NCBI RefSeq assembly: GCF_026210795.1
Contig: NC_089433.1
Span: 1,798,001 to 1,862,000, forward strand
Direction of reading: 5' to 3'
Source: Rhizophagus irregularis
Lineage: Eukaryota
Length of the DNA stretch: 64,000 nucleotides
The notes beneath the pieces were generated by a model that was not told the DNA's origin, searched no databases, and was given only the letters and a program-made list of their open reading frames with translations. This document shows, in pieces, positions 39,161-51,912 of this stretch. Numbering within the stretch: position 1 is the stretch's first letter; every line of letters starts with the position of its first letter. The translations under genes were made by a program, and so were the position numbers.

Positions 39161-42100
39161 GAGTTTAACTTGCAGTGTAATTCTAGTATAAATAGTATAA
39201 ATGCATTTTATTAATTATAATAATCCGGATTGATATGTTGGGGTTAAAATCCATGGCCCAATCAGAATTTGTTGTTGTAATCAGGCGATTGATCACATGA
39301 TTTCAGTATTTATATTTCGCACTTTGTTTATTTTTTTTTTCCTTTCGTAAAAACCTTTCTCTTAAACTTTTTATTTAAAACAAACTCTTTACTTAGTTAT
39401 TATGAAATAATATTATTATTATATTTTTTTATTTATTTTTATATTAGAAATAAACATAAAGGTATATTTTTATTATGCTCGTTTTTTCTTTTATATATAC
39501 ATTTTCTATTGACGTTCTAATACTTTTTTTCTTTTCTCTCACTAATGTTTTCTACCACTTATTAACATTTTCTATTAATATTAAATACTACTAACATGTT
39601 TTTATTAACATTCTCGTATTAATATTTTCTATTTTACTAACTTTTCTTTCTTCCTACTAACATTTTTACTAATATTTTCTATATTTACCACTAACGTTTT
39701 TATTAATATTTCTATTTTTATTTCTCTTATTAATTAATATACTTACTAATATTTTCACTAATATTTCTTTTAAATGTTAAACAGATAATTTTATTATCAT
39801 TGTTACTTTTAGTAGAACTTTACATATTACATAGTATAATTATTTATTTTTAATGTTCAACTTTATTTGATTTTACGTATGTAGTAGATAGAGTAAGATT
39901 TGTATTATTGTTTAAATTTTAATAAAGTTGAATTTCATTTTATCTGAATTAAAATAAAAAAAAGAGATATATGTCTATTGGTTTTATATGAAATTTATAG
40001 CTACTAACTGATGTATTACAAATATTTTACTACCCGATATATGTGTGTTAAATATATGATATTTATAATATATATCACTGATATTTGACTACCCGATATG
40101 TATAAGATATATACATGATGTTTACAAGATATGTCACCGATATTTGACTACCCGATATGTATAAGATATATACATGATGTTTACAAGATATGTCACCGAT
40201 ATTTAACTACCCGATATGTGTAAGATGTATACATGATGTTTACAGTATATGTCACCGATTTTCTACATTTCTACTACACATATCGGGTACCTGATATGTG
40301 TGGTATTGTTAAATATCATACACATATATCACATATATTATACACATATCAGGTACCTGATATGTACCCGATAGTATTGATTTTGACCAGTGCTAGTCGT
40401 CCTGCTCAAATTTCACAACTGATTAATTATCCATCTACCCAATTAATCCTTCTTAAATCTCTTTTAACAGATTATACTATACCTTCTTATAGTACAACAC
40501 CACTTCCTAATTTTGTCAAATTCTTGCGTTCACAAAAAGCTTTGGTCTCAGCTTATCTTTTCACGCAATTTCATCAACATTGTGTAGATTCCATTGAATA
40601 TTATACTGCTCTTAGAGATGAACATTTCTCTACATCTCCGGGCTCCTTTATTTCTTCAGCCCTTTCAGTGGAACATCGTTCTATCGTTCTTGATAGAGTC
40701 TTGGTTGTTATTGACTCTAAACCCACTTTACTTACTGATCCTTCAGATATCAAACAAGCTGCTATTAAACACTTCCAATCGGTTGTTACTCCTCCTTTGG
40801 TCCAGTATTCTTCTATAGATTCATTTCCTCCACGATAGCAAAGAGCATATACCCCTCTTTCCGATATTGATTCGTCATTATATAACTCGGTCATGTCTCC
40901 TATTTTGGAAGATGAATAGAAGAATATTCTCAATTCTATGCCTAATAACAAAGCCTCTGGTCCTTCCAAAATTTCTTATGAGATGCTCAAACATTTAACT
41001 GGCGAAGCTTTCAATTTATCCCTTATTTTAGCTAATGCCTGCCTCATTCATGGAGATATTCCTGCTGATTGGTGTGAAGCGCTTGTTTATCCCATTCCAA
41101 AGCCTCATGAATTTGACGCACAATTAAAGAATACGCGACCTATCACTTTATTGGAAACTGTACGAAAATGTGTGGTTAAGATCATTACAACTCGTCTTTC
41201 AAAAATCCTAGCTGACAACCAAGTGCTCCAAGGTGGTAATTTTGCTGGATTGCCAGGCGGTTCCACTGACATTCCTATTAAGATGCTTGATGCTATTCTT
41301 CATCAACGCCGCTTTGACAAAACTGATGACCAAGATTTATGGATTGTTTCTCAAAACATTTCTAAGGCCTTTGACTCAATTGATTTAAACATGCTTAGAC
41401 TGGCTTTAATTCGTCTGCATATTCCGTCTTTATTGATCAAATTTATTATTAACCATTTTACAAGACGTAATAATAAAATTATTACCCATTATGGTGATAC
41501 TTCTGGATATAGAGTTAGAATTGGTATTGACCAAGATGAAATCATTTCTCCATTATTATGGGTTATTTACTTGGATCCTTTGCTTACTACACTTAATCGA
41601 GAAGCTTGTGATCCCTTTATTTTGAAATCTTCTGCATTATTGTATTATTCTCCAATTGAATATGAACAACACAATCTTCCTGTTTCGCATATTACATTTA
41701 TGGATGATTCTACTTTAATTGCTTCATCTAAACGAGGAATTGAAGATCGCCTTTCCATTACTGCTGAATTTTATACTTTAAATAATACTCAAGCCAATTC
41801 AGCAAAATATATTCTTCTTTCTTCTGAACAATTTTCTCAAACTATTATGTTTGATCTTTCTCCATCCCCTCTAATTACATCTCATACCCTTACTTTAAAG
41901 GCATTAGCCTTATCTACATCTTTTCGATTTTTAGGTGTTTGGTTTAATCTTTTGGCTTCTTCTCATTTTGTTCACAACCAAACTGTTTCCATGGTCAAAA
42001 ATATGGCTGTTTTACTTAGTCTTAAAAAACTTTTGGCACAACATGTGGCCTATCTTTATAATATTGTTTTACTTTCGAGGCTAGAATTTCGCCTACAATC

Positions 42101-44940
42101 CACATTATTTGCTGAATCCACCATTAATCGCATGGTTTCTCCAATGCTTTCTCTTATTCGTCAGAAGGCTGGTTTGGCCTCAGTCACTCCTCTCTCTGCG
42201 CTTTTCACACTGTTGCCGTTCTCTATCCAACAAGTGTTTGGTCGATTTCTATTATTTCATGTGACTTCATGGCAGAAAATTTTTTCTCACCCTTCATATA
42301 AACTTTTTGCCAATTATATGATTACCTATCTCCAAGGATTTTTGGATTGTGATGCCTGTCCTTCTACTATTGATTTGGAACCATGGTCCCATACCTTTTC
42401 CCTATGAACACATTCTTTGTTTAATTCTTTATTGTTCTCTTCTCGATTGAATATCACATGGTCTTTATTATTTCGACCTCTGAGGAAAGATTTACGACCG
42501 GTGATTCCACTCTGGTCTATTTTACCAAAAGATTTATTTACTTCCATGAAAAATGTTCGGAAAAATTTCTGCACTTGTTTTCTTGCTCAACTGATTACAC
42601 CATGTGGCTCTCGACTTCTCTCATGGAAAGATTTACGCTTTCTTAAACGAGTATCGAACAAAGGATCTGTGCCTGCTTGGTTTAATTGTTTATTCAATCT
42701 TATTGTTATTCCTAATTTACTTTCTTTTTTTATTTTACAACAATTTAGAATTCCTAGTTCTCATACTGTAGCTTCTATTTCCTTTATAGATATTAGTCGA
42801 AATTATTGGTTTAACCCTCAATGGGCTATTTCTTTCAATCGTAATACTAATTCTTTTCTTGTTGGCCGTGTGATTACTACCTATCCTGCTCCACGTAATG
42901 AAGCTCTCATCTCACATTGGATTGCGATTTCAGTTGATGATTTGCTTTCTGAATTTACAGCATGTCAAGGATGTGCCTCTGCTATTTCGCGATCCTCTAC
43001 CTCTAAGACTCTACTTAAACGATGTCCTTCTGAAGGATGTTTTTCTTATGTTCCGTTATCAAGTTTGATCCGTTGTCCTACGAAACCTCGTACTTATATA
43101 CATGCGGATACTCGTTCGGTCTCACTCTCTGCCTCATTAGGCTATGCCAAATCTCTTTTATTATTTCATCTTTTTGCTCCGGGTCGATTGCCTTCTATGA
43201 ATAACCATGTGTCTAGGATCTCGGATATCCAACTTCCTTCTTCGGTGTCTACACTTTATATTGATGGCTCCTTCCTTCCTTCTTCTAGTCATCTGATATC
43301 TTCGATGGCTTATGCATGGACTGCTATAGATCCCGATGAATTTATTTTGGAATCCCATTATAATATCATTTCTTTTATCTTTTCTTCTGCTTTACGTTCA
43401 GAAGTGTTTGCTTTATTGCATGGATTGAACTCCCTCCCTTGGAATTCTAAGATTACTGTCACCACTGATTGTGCTCAATTACTTTCTTTATGGTCTTTAT
43501 ATGTGGATGCTCCTTTTATTCCCAGAATGCTTAAAGAATCCAACCACCTTTTGTGGTCCTCCATACGCACTATTATGTTGCAAAAGAATCTGGATGTTAC
43601 CTTGATCAAGATTCCTGCTCATGCTGACGACCCTTTGAATAATCATATGGATGCATTAGCTAAAGCCGCTCATACTGACTCACATCTTTCTTCTTGTCTA
43701 CCATCGGAATTGATGGCTCCTTGCATTTTACAATTTAATTTTTTACCTGTGGATATGAATATCCAGAAATTTATTAGAGATATTTTTGACGCTAAAAGTC
43801 TTTTAACTCTTGCTGTATTACCAAGATTTAATTCCTATTCTTCAACTTCTGATATTGATTGGGCTTGCACCAAATTTTGTCTTAATAACAATAAGCAATT
43901 TGCCTCTCATCGGAATGGACGTTCCGAGTTTTGTGGTTTCCGTATCAAATTACTTTTAGATATGCTTCCAACGCTTACAACTCTTCAGAGACGAAAGCCT
44001 CATCTTTATAATTCCAGTTGGCTTTGTCCTCAATGTAACTCTTTTCCTGAGACTTTAGACCACTTGTGGACTTGTCCTTATATCTTACCAGAATTTAGCC
44101 CTTTAAATACTTTTAAAACACTTCTATTGGCTCTCTGGACTAATTATCTTGACAAATTCCTTTCCGCGTCATCTTTAATACCTTTACTGGACTCTTTTGC
44201 TGCTGAATTTATGGCTCTTGATTGTTGGAATTGTGACCCTCCTTCATTTTCTTGCCTGAGACTCACACGAGGACTTATACCGATATTCCTTACAGAATTT
44301 CTTGGAAATTATTTTTCTTCACTTACCATATGGTCTATCTTAGATACACCTTTGCACGACTTTCATTTTGACCTTTATGTCCAAATCTGGTTGTGCTGTT
44401 CCATTTTCTTTCATCATTGGGAATTAGCTCAAGGCATTATAAAAAAAATGAAATTGTCAGCTCTTGGGCCTTCATCTATTCTTTGTCCTTCCTCTAACAT
44501 TCCTCTTGACTCTTCGACACCTTCCTTGGCGACAGCTTCCTTGGATTCCTGGGTTTCTTGGGTTTCCTCTTCTATAATCCGTGGGGGATCTTGGATTTCA
44601 CATTTGGATTTTTAGCGCCGCTTAACAGTTCAGCCTCTACTTAGGATTTCTTTTTGGTAACGGATTAGATCTTAGGACATGCTGGATAGTTGACTCACAC
44701 TGGCCTTCGGGTAAAGATGGGGTATGCGTTTCTGTAATAGTTTAGTTTTTCTTTACTTAATTTTATTTAGTTTAGATTTCTTTACTTGTATAAATCGTGA
44801 AGCTAGTTCTTTTTATTTTTATGTTTATTTTCTATATTTGATATTTGTAATATTGTTCGATTTGTTTATTGTACTTTTCGTTTAAAAATTAATAATAAAA
44901 GATAAAGTCATAAGACTGTTTGCTCATAATCACCAAATAA

Positions 44941-45822
44941 TAGCGTGAAGGCACAGGGATTAGTGTAGTTGGACTGCATCATGGTGAATTAGTGTGTACA
45001 GTTAGGCCGCACATTTCAACTAAGGGTCATGGTGTCCTTCTAACGTTCTCTGAAGAGCCACTTGGCATGTGCCTGGGGCCCCGTCTTTCGAGGTCACTAC
45101 TATACCTTGGAGGGGACTTCCTGTCCGGGTGGTCACTCTACGATACCACTTGGGGTCAGTAATGGCTAGATGGTCGTCCTAGATGGTAAAGCTGAGGGTG
45201 CAATGTCTTAGTGGTAGTTTGACCTTCTGTTAGGTCTTAGACCAACCACAGTGTTCGTGCACAGAACAGATAGCTTGGTGATTGGGTTCGATTCCCTTCT
45301 CTGATGGGCCCTGGTTGGTGATTCCTGGTGGTTGATACCCACCATAAGGGATGATCCTGGGTAACACCTACAAGCTTACTGTCCAGGTGGTCGCTACAAA
45401 GTATACCACTTGGGGATTACAACTGTACTATCGGTGGTGGGTAATCGCGGGCTGTAGTGGCCTTTGAGTGAGACCTGGTACCTAATATGGTAGTATGGAA
45501 GGGGTCCAGATGTTTGAAGGTTATTTGACGAAAGTCCTCCGTGACAGTAGTAGTGGTGAGGGGTTTATAATAGTAGCCATTACAGTATCATGCAGTGGAT
45601 TAAAGGACGAGTAGGGTGGTGTTTAGCAGATTCGAAGGCCTTTGGGTCCCTGGAATATGTCCTTGCGTTTCGGTTGTGATGTTGAATTGTCCCTGTTAAA
45701 AAGGTGGCAGGAATGGTTACATCATGGCTTAGTGAGGATGATGCAATGAACGACCTACCTCCATAGCCTTCAATAGAGGGTGCGAAAAGTAGTGGCCACT
45801 AAACTTACAAAACACTTGTAAA
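44941..45822 (+). mobile_element. 882-bp GC-rich non-coding SINE-like element inserted at the LINE target
   Basis: Flanked by the 15-mer on both sides; no ORF, no visible similarity to the LINE; A-box-like TAGTGTAGTTGG 44961-44972, B-box GGTTCGATTCC 45285-45295; no TTTT on + strand. Confidence 0.75.
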
Positions 45823-45837
45823 ATAATCACCAAATAA

Positions 45838-47669
45838 GATTCTCTCATGGAAAGATTTACGTTTCCTTAAACGAGTATCGAACAAAGGACCTGTGCCTGC
45901 TTGGTTTAATTATTTATTTAATCTTATTGTTATTCCTAATTCTCCTTATTTATTTGTTTTATCACAATTTAAAATTCCTATTTCTCATACTGTAGTTTCT
46001 ATTTCTTTTATAGACATTAGTCGAAATTATTGGTTTAACCCTCAATGGGCTATTTCTTTTAATCGTAATACTAACTCCTTCCTTGTTGGCCGTGTGATTA
46101 CTACCTATTCTGCTCCACGTAATGAAGCTCTTATTTCACATTGATGATTTGCTTTCTGATTTTACTGCATGCCAAGGTTGTGCCTCTGCTATTCCGCGAT
46201 CCTCTACCTCTAAGACTTTGATTAAATGATGTCCTTCTGAAGGATGCTTTTCTTATATTCCGTTATCTAGTTTGATCCGTTATCCTACGAAACCTCATAC
46301 TTATATACATGTGGATACTTGCTCGGTTTCACTTTCTGCCTCGTTAGGCTTTGCCAAATCTCTTTTATTATTTCATCTTTTTGCTCCAGTTCGATTACCT
46401 CCTATGAATAATTAAGTGCCTAGGATTTCTGATATCTGACTTCCTTCTTCAGTGTCTACGCTCTATATTGATGGTTCCTTCCTTCCTCCTTCTAGTCATC
46501 CGGTATCTTCGATGGCTTATGCATAGACTGCTATAGACCCTGATGGATTTATTTTGGAATCTCATTATAATAGTATTTCTTCCATTTTTCCTTCTGCTTT
46601 ACGTTCAGAAGCTTTTGCTTTATTACATGGATTGGACTCCCTCCCTTGGAATTCAAAGATTACTGTCGCCACTGATTGTGCCCAACTACTTTCTTTATGG
46701 TCTTTGTATGTGGATGTTCCTTTTATTCCCAGATTGCTTAAAGAATTCAACCACCTTTTGTGGTCCTCCATACGAACTATTATGTCACAAAAGAATCTGG
46801 ATGTTTCCTTGATTAAAGTTCCTGCTCACGCTAACGATCCTTTGAATAATCATGTGGATGCATTAGCCAAAGCCGCTCATATTGACTCACATCTCTCTTC
46901 TCATCCGTTTTCGGAATTGTTGGCTTCTTGCATTTTACATTTTAATTCTTTACCTGTGGATATGAATATCCAGAAATTTATTAGAGATATTTTTGACGTG
47001 AAAAGTCTTTTAACTTTTGCTATATTACCAAGATTTAATTCCTATTCTTCAACTTCTGGTATCGATTGGGCATGCACCAAATTTTGCCTTAATAACAATA
47101 AGCAATTTGTCTCCCATCGGAATGGCCGTTCCGAGTTTTGTAGCTTCCGTATCAAATTATTATTAGATATGCTTCCAACGCTTACAACTCTCCAGAAACG
47201 AAAGCCTCATCTTTATAATCCGAGTTGGCTTTGTCCTCAATGTAACTCTTCTTCTGAGACTTTAGACCACTTGTGGACTTGTCCTTATATCTTACCAGAA
47301 TTTAGCCCTCTAAATACTTTTAAAGCACTACTATTAGCTCTCCGGACTACTTGTCTTGATAAATTTCTTTCTGAGCCATCTCTACTACTTTTACCAGATT
47401 CCTTCGCTGCTGATTTTAAAGCTATTGATTATTGGGATTGTGATCCTTCTTCAATTTCCTGTCTGCGACTTACACGAGGACTTATACCAATATCTCTTAC
47501 AAAATTTCTTGGAAATTATTTTTCAACATTTACCATATGGTCTATTTTAGATACTGACGAATTCAATTTTTTCATAATGCCTTGAGCTGATTCCCAATGA
47601 TGAAAGAAAATGGAACAGCACAACCAGATTTGTACATAAAGGCCAAAATGAAAGTCATGTAAAGGTGTA
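45838..47669 (+). mobile_element. LINE copy 4, 5'-truncated, last ~115 bp inverted, 3' end missing
   Basis: Begins directly after the 15-mer at a position equivalent to ~16607 of copy 1; forward to 47554; 47554-47669 is the reverse complement of the next LINE segment. Confidence 0.9.
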
Positions 47670-50600
47670 CTTTGCTAAAAATAGCTATTTTTTCGAAATG
47701 CTTTTGATATAGCTATAATATTATTTTTATATGGTTTTAATGCATTTCATATGCATTTCGTCAACCATTAAAAGCATGTTATCTAGGCTTATAATTTTAT
47801 TGCGAAATAATGTGAAATAGTTCTGCAATTATTTATACTTGTTTTCGTAATAGTTTTTGTAATAGTTTTAAAATAGCTTTATAATTTATTTATAATGAAT
47901 TTATAGTGAATCTATAATACAAATGTAATAATATATTTTCAATTGATTTTTAATTGTTTTACAAATGTTAATACAAATACTATAACACTTATAACACTAT
48001 AGTAAAATTTATTCTGATCTGATGGTTAATTCGTAATAGTATCTACTGATCGTATTTTTCCCGGTACACGTTCTGCAGTTAGACCATTTAGGTCACCATA
48101 CACCTTTCACGTGACTGCATCCACCACTTTAAAATACGAAACCTACAAAATAGTTAAAGAAATGGTCAGTATACTGTTTCTTTAATTAAAAAAGTAAGAT
48201 TTCGAAGTTAAAATTTCAAAACTTACCATCCACTCATCCTGAAAGCAGGATTCCTAAAAGCTAAACTGTTTCTAATAGCGTTTTGAAATTTTATTTGGGA
48301 ATCCAGAGCCGAAGTCCCTACAAAAAAAGAAAAATATTGGTAAAAAAATTTCTTGGGCTATTTTCTAAATCTTTCAGATACTCACTCAGAATCAACAATG
48401 AATCTAAAATTTGACGCCGGATAAAAGAAAATGTTAAAGTTCCTATGTTCCAAATTCTTCTGAGATATACCTACGATTAATCAAAAGCTGAAGACCTATA
48501 AAAAAAATAAATAACAAGTTAATAACATTGTCTTTAAAAAAGGAAATTTGGAATTTTCGTTAAAAAAGTGCTTACCCGCTCTACAAATGTTCTATAAAAG
48601 AAAAAAACTGTTTTAAAAAAAAGCTTTTAAAAGAAGTGTTTAAAAGTGCTTCAGTGGTTTCCTACAAAAAAATAAAAAAAAGTTAATAAAATGACTTCTT
48701 ATTATAAAAAAAGGTAATGTTTTCGAAATGAAAACTTGCCTCTCCATTCTTTTTAAAAATATTATTATCCTTCATTTCTCCTTTCCCCTCCTTTAAACGC
48801 AAATATATTTTTTTATAACACTATTATCTTGTTCACAAACGTAATAGGAAAAAAGTCTATACTTTAATCCACATAATAGGAAAAAAAAGTTTAAAAAGTA
48901 ATCCCTATTTCTGAAATCAGAACGGGACACCTACAAAATAGAAAATAAAACAATAAATAATTTTTACATAAAAATTTATTTACTAAGTTTTCGAAATGAA
49001 AAATTACCAGGGCATTCGACTTCTTCAAAGTTCGAGTCGGATTCCTACAAAATAAAAAAAAAAGAATAAAAGAAACGTTAGTAAACATTTCGTTTCGTTA
49101 AATAAAAAAAATTGACAAAAGCACATCTACCTATATCCAGCATATCCAAAAATCCGAAATCAAAGCCGAAGAAGATGTCATTGAAATCAAAAACTCAGAA
49201 AGTCGGAAAATACTAGCTGTCTAAAAAAAAAAAAGAAAAAAAAAACGAATTGTTAGAACTTTTCGTTGAAATACATAAATTAAAGAAAAAAAGTGAAATC
49301 TGAACGAACCTTACACGTCCAAAGTTATCCAAAGAAACCCGAAGAGCTAGCAACCTAAAAAAAAGAAAAAAATGAACTATTAGTTACAGTCCGTTAAAAT
49401 AAATAAATCAAAGAAAAAAAATAAATACCAAAACTCACGCGTCCCACACGTCTGAAGACCTAGCCGAACTTTTAAAGTTCTATATTTCTTTTTTGTATCA
49501 GAAAATACTACTACGCGCTAAAGACCCGAAGATCTGGAATGGTCCCACCAGCGTTCTGATATTCTCATTAATTCAAATTCCATTGCCCATACCCACGCGT
49601 TAAATTTCCCGAAATCTACAAAAGAGAATAGACGAAATGTTAGTGAACGTTTCGTTAAAAGAATTAACAAAACTCCCTCCCCCTTACCGAGTTTTCTACG
49701 CGTGCGTCTGAGGTCTGGAGCCTACAAAAGAAGAAAACCGAAATGTTAGAAGTTTCGTTGAAAAAGATTATTTACAAAAGCCAAAAATTCCCCTCACTGA
49801 AATTCCATGCGTCTAAGACTGACCGTTTACAAAAGAAAAAATGAAACGTTAGTAGCCGTTTCGTTAAAATAAAAATATTTTTTCAAAAAAACGTCTTACT
49901 AACGTCTGACCCAAAAAAGAAAAGAAACGAACTTTAATAAGGTTTGTTAAAAATAGAAAAATTAATAAAAAAAATTGTCTTACTGAAATCCCGAACCAAA
50001 AAGCCGAAGAAACTCGCCCGTCCAAAGAAATCCAGAAAACCGTCTAAAAAAAAAAGAAAACTCGAAACTTTAATAAACGTTTCATCAATGAAAATACGAA
50101 AGAATACACTCTCCTGACCTCCCCCTTTTCTACCTAATTTCAATGCAATCCGACTATCTAGAAAAAGAAAAAACGAATTTTTAAAAAATCATTTTTTAAA
50201 ATAAAAAAATGAAACAAAAAAATTAATTACTTACAAAATGTCGCGTCCAGGAAGACCGGTAGAACTATCTAGAAAAAAGATCAGTTTGTTTAATAGAATG
50301 TATGGGAAAAAGGGAAAGGAAGGGAAAGAGAACGAAGGAAGGGGAAAGAGAGAACGAAGGAAAGGGAGAGGGAAAGAACGAGAGAAAAGGAAATAGGAAA
50401 ATCAGAAAGGACGAAGTGCAGGAAAAAGTTAAAAAAAAGCTTAACTACCGCAGTTATTATTAATATGAATCACGTGGTATCACGCGATCACGTGATTTTT
50501 ATTTTATATAAATAGGCCTTTTCTCCCGAAATCCAATTTTTTTTTTTATAATTTTTTAATGATATATATATATATGCTTATATACACACATATATATATA

Positions 50601-51144
50601 TCTAATAACTTTACGAAAAGCCCCTCCTCTGTAAACAGGTAGAGGTCTTTAGTACCTATAGGGGGAGAGCTATTGCTGCTTCTCCATCTGTTTATAGTGA
50701 CAAAAAGAGGAGTCTTCAGTAGTAAAGTTTAATGCAATTACCATTTCAATATAATTTCATATAAAATATAATCATTGCAATACAATTTCATATATATTAA
50801 GATATATAAACCATTGCAATACAATTTCATATTAAGATATATAAACCATTGCAATACAATTTTATATTAATATTATAAATATTGCAATACAATTTCATAA
50901 TAATTTCAATTTATAATTATATTATTAATAATAAATCAATTACAAACACCATTGCAACATAATATTTAAATTGTTTTGAAATTATGGTTTGTAATACTTT
51001 TATTAGCCTTTGTGATATAATCTTTGTAATTAATTGCAAAATATATAAAAACAATTTCAACCATTACAAAATAATGTCAGTATTGCAAAAGTATAATAAG
51101 AATATTATAAAAGTATTTCAAAAAAATAGCCATTTTTAGTAAAG
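47670..51144. mobile_element. Non-autonomous TIR element D (probable 8-bp TSD) with a minus-strand micro-exon/intron array
   Basis: CTTTGCTAAAAATAGCTATTTTTTCGAAATGCTTT vs AAAGTATTTCAAAAAAATAGCCATTTTTAGTAAAG; flanks AAGGTGTA/AAGATGTA (7/8); CATTGCAATACAATTT subterminal repeats 50770-50960. Confidence 0.8.
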
Positions 51145-51683
51145 AAGATGTACTGATACTTTAGGTTACACTGGTATTAATTTGAGTCAACACTATGAAT
51201 TTGGCCAGAGTTACTAAACATAAAGGTTCCATCCAAATCACATGACATTTTAATATATTAGCTATCCAGAGTTTACATAATGCTGGTAAGAATTGGATTT
51301 TGGCCCGCATTATGATTCACTGATGATGGTTATGTAACGATAATTTGATATACTGATATATTTTTCCTAAAACAACAGTATTGGTACATAGAGGTCCGAC
51401 TGTATTTATAATTTGAGATATCTTTATATCATGGTAGGATCCACAAAATATATATAAAGGTCACATATAAGTTTGCTTAACTATATTAGTAAAATTTCCA
51501 AAAGTCATATACGATCCAAATTAATTAATTAATTTAATATGGAAAATTTTATTTGCATAGATTTTGAGATTTTTTAAAAGGTTATATATATAGTTTGCAT
51601 AATAATAATCATTTTTATATATGTCATATATTTTAATTTGCATAATCAACGGTATTTTTTAATAAAATATATATATATATATA

Positions 51684-51912
51684 ATTCCAGCGGTCTTCTA
51701 CTAATTAGCAGCATAATGCCTTGGAATTTCAGCAATTTTCTACTAATTAGCAGCATAACACCTTGGAATTCTGGCGATTTTCTACTAATTAGCAGCATAA
51801 TGCCTTAGAATTCCAGCAATTTTCTACTAATTAGTAGCATAATGCCTTGGAATTCCAGCAATTTTCTACTAATTAGTAGCATAATGCCTTGGAATTCCCT
51901 AATAAGCAGCAT
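51684..51912. repeat. 42-bp minisatellite, ~5 copies
   Basis: GGAATTCCAGCAATTTTCTACTAATTAGCAGCATAATGCCTT in tandem. Confidence 0.9.

Larger units (their letters stand above)
33337..40392. mobile_element. Non-autonomous CACTA/CMC-like element C (3-bp TSD CTA)
   Basis: CTA|CACTGGTCAAAATCAATTCTATCGGGTACATATC...GATATGTACCCGATAGTATTGATTTTGACCAGTG|CTA; subterminal TATCGGGTA/TACCCGATA repeats, including ~59-bp tandem units at 40030-40260. Confidence 0.93.
29869..44925 (+). mobile_element. LINE copy 3, full length, decayed, 7-kb nested insertion (ORF1 30011-32134, ORF2 32127-44660)
   Basis: Colinear with copy 1; many premature stops; interrupted at 33337-40392. Confidence 0.95.

Noticed and set aside
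45196..45311. Intact tRNA gene in the 882-bp element
   Set aside because: B box present but T-stem only 3 bp and no convincing cloverleaf; at most tRNA-derived.
45449..45735. SRP RNA (GGCTGTAGTGGCC) or RNase P/MRP RNA (GAAAGTCC...GGCTTA)
   Set aside because: Only short motif resemblance; no SRP helix-8 motif and the P4-like pairing is only 5 bp. An Rfam search is needed to close this.
45295..45800. Hammerhead or HDV-like ribozyme
   Set aside because: CTGATGG is not CUGANGA, GAC-GAAA-GTC is a simple tetraloop, and HDV helix order could not be built.
11048..47550. Short antisense and alternate-frame ORFs recurring in each LINE copy
   Set aside because: Shadows of ORF1/ORF2; they recur only because the copies are homologous.
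51385..51404. Missing right TIR of the host MITE (ATAGAGGTCCGACTGTA)
   Set aside because: Similar pogo-type end but does not match CAGTCAACTCCCTCTATAG well, and no 15-mer precedes it.
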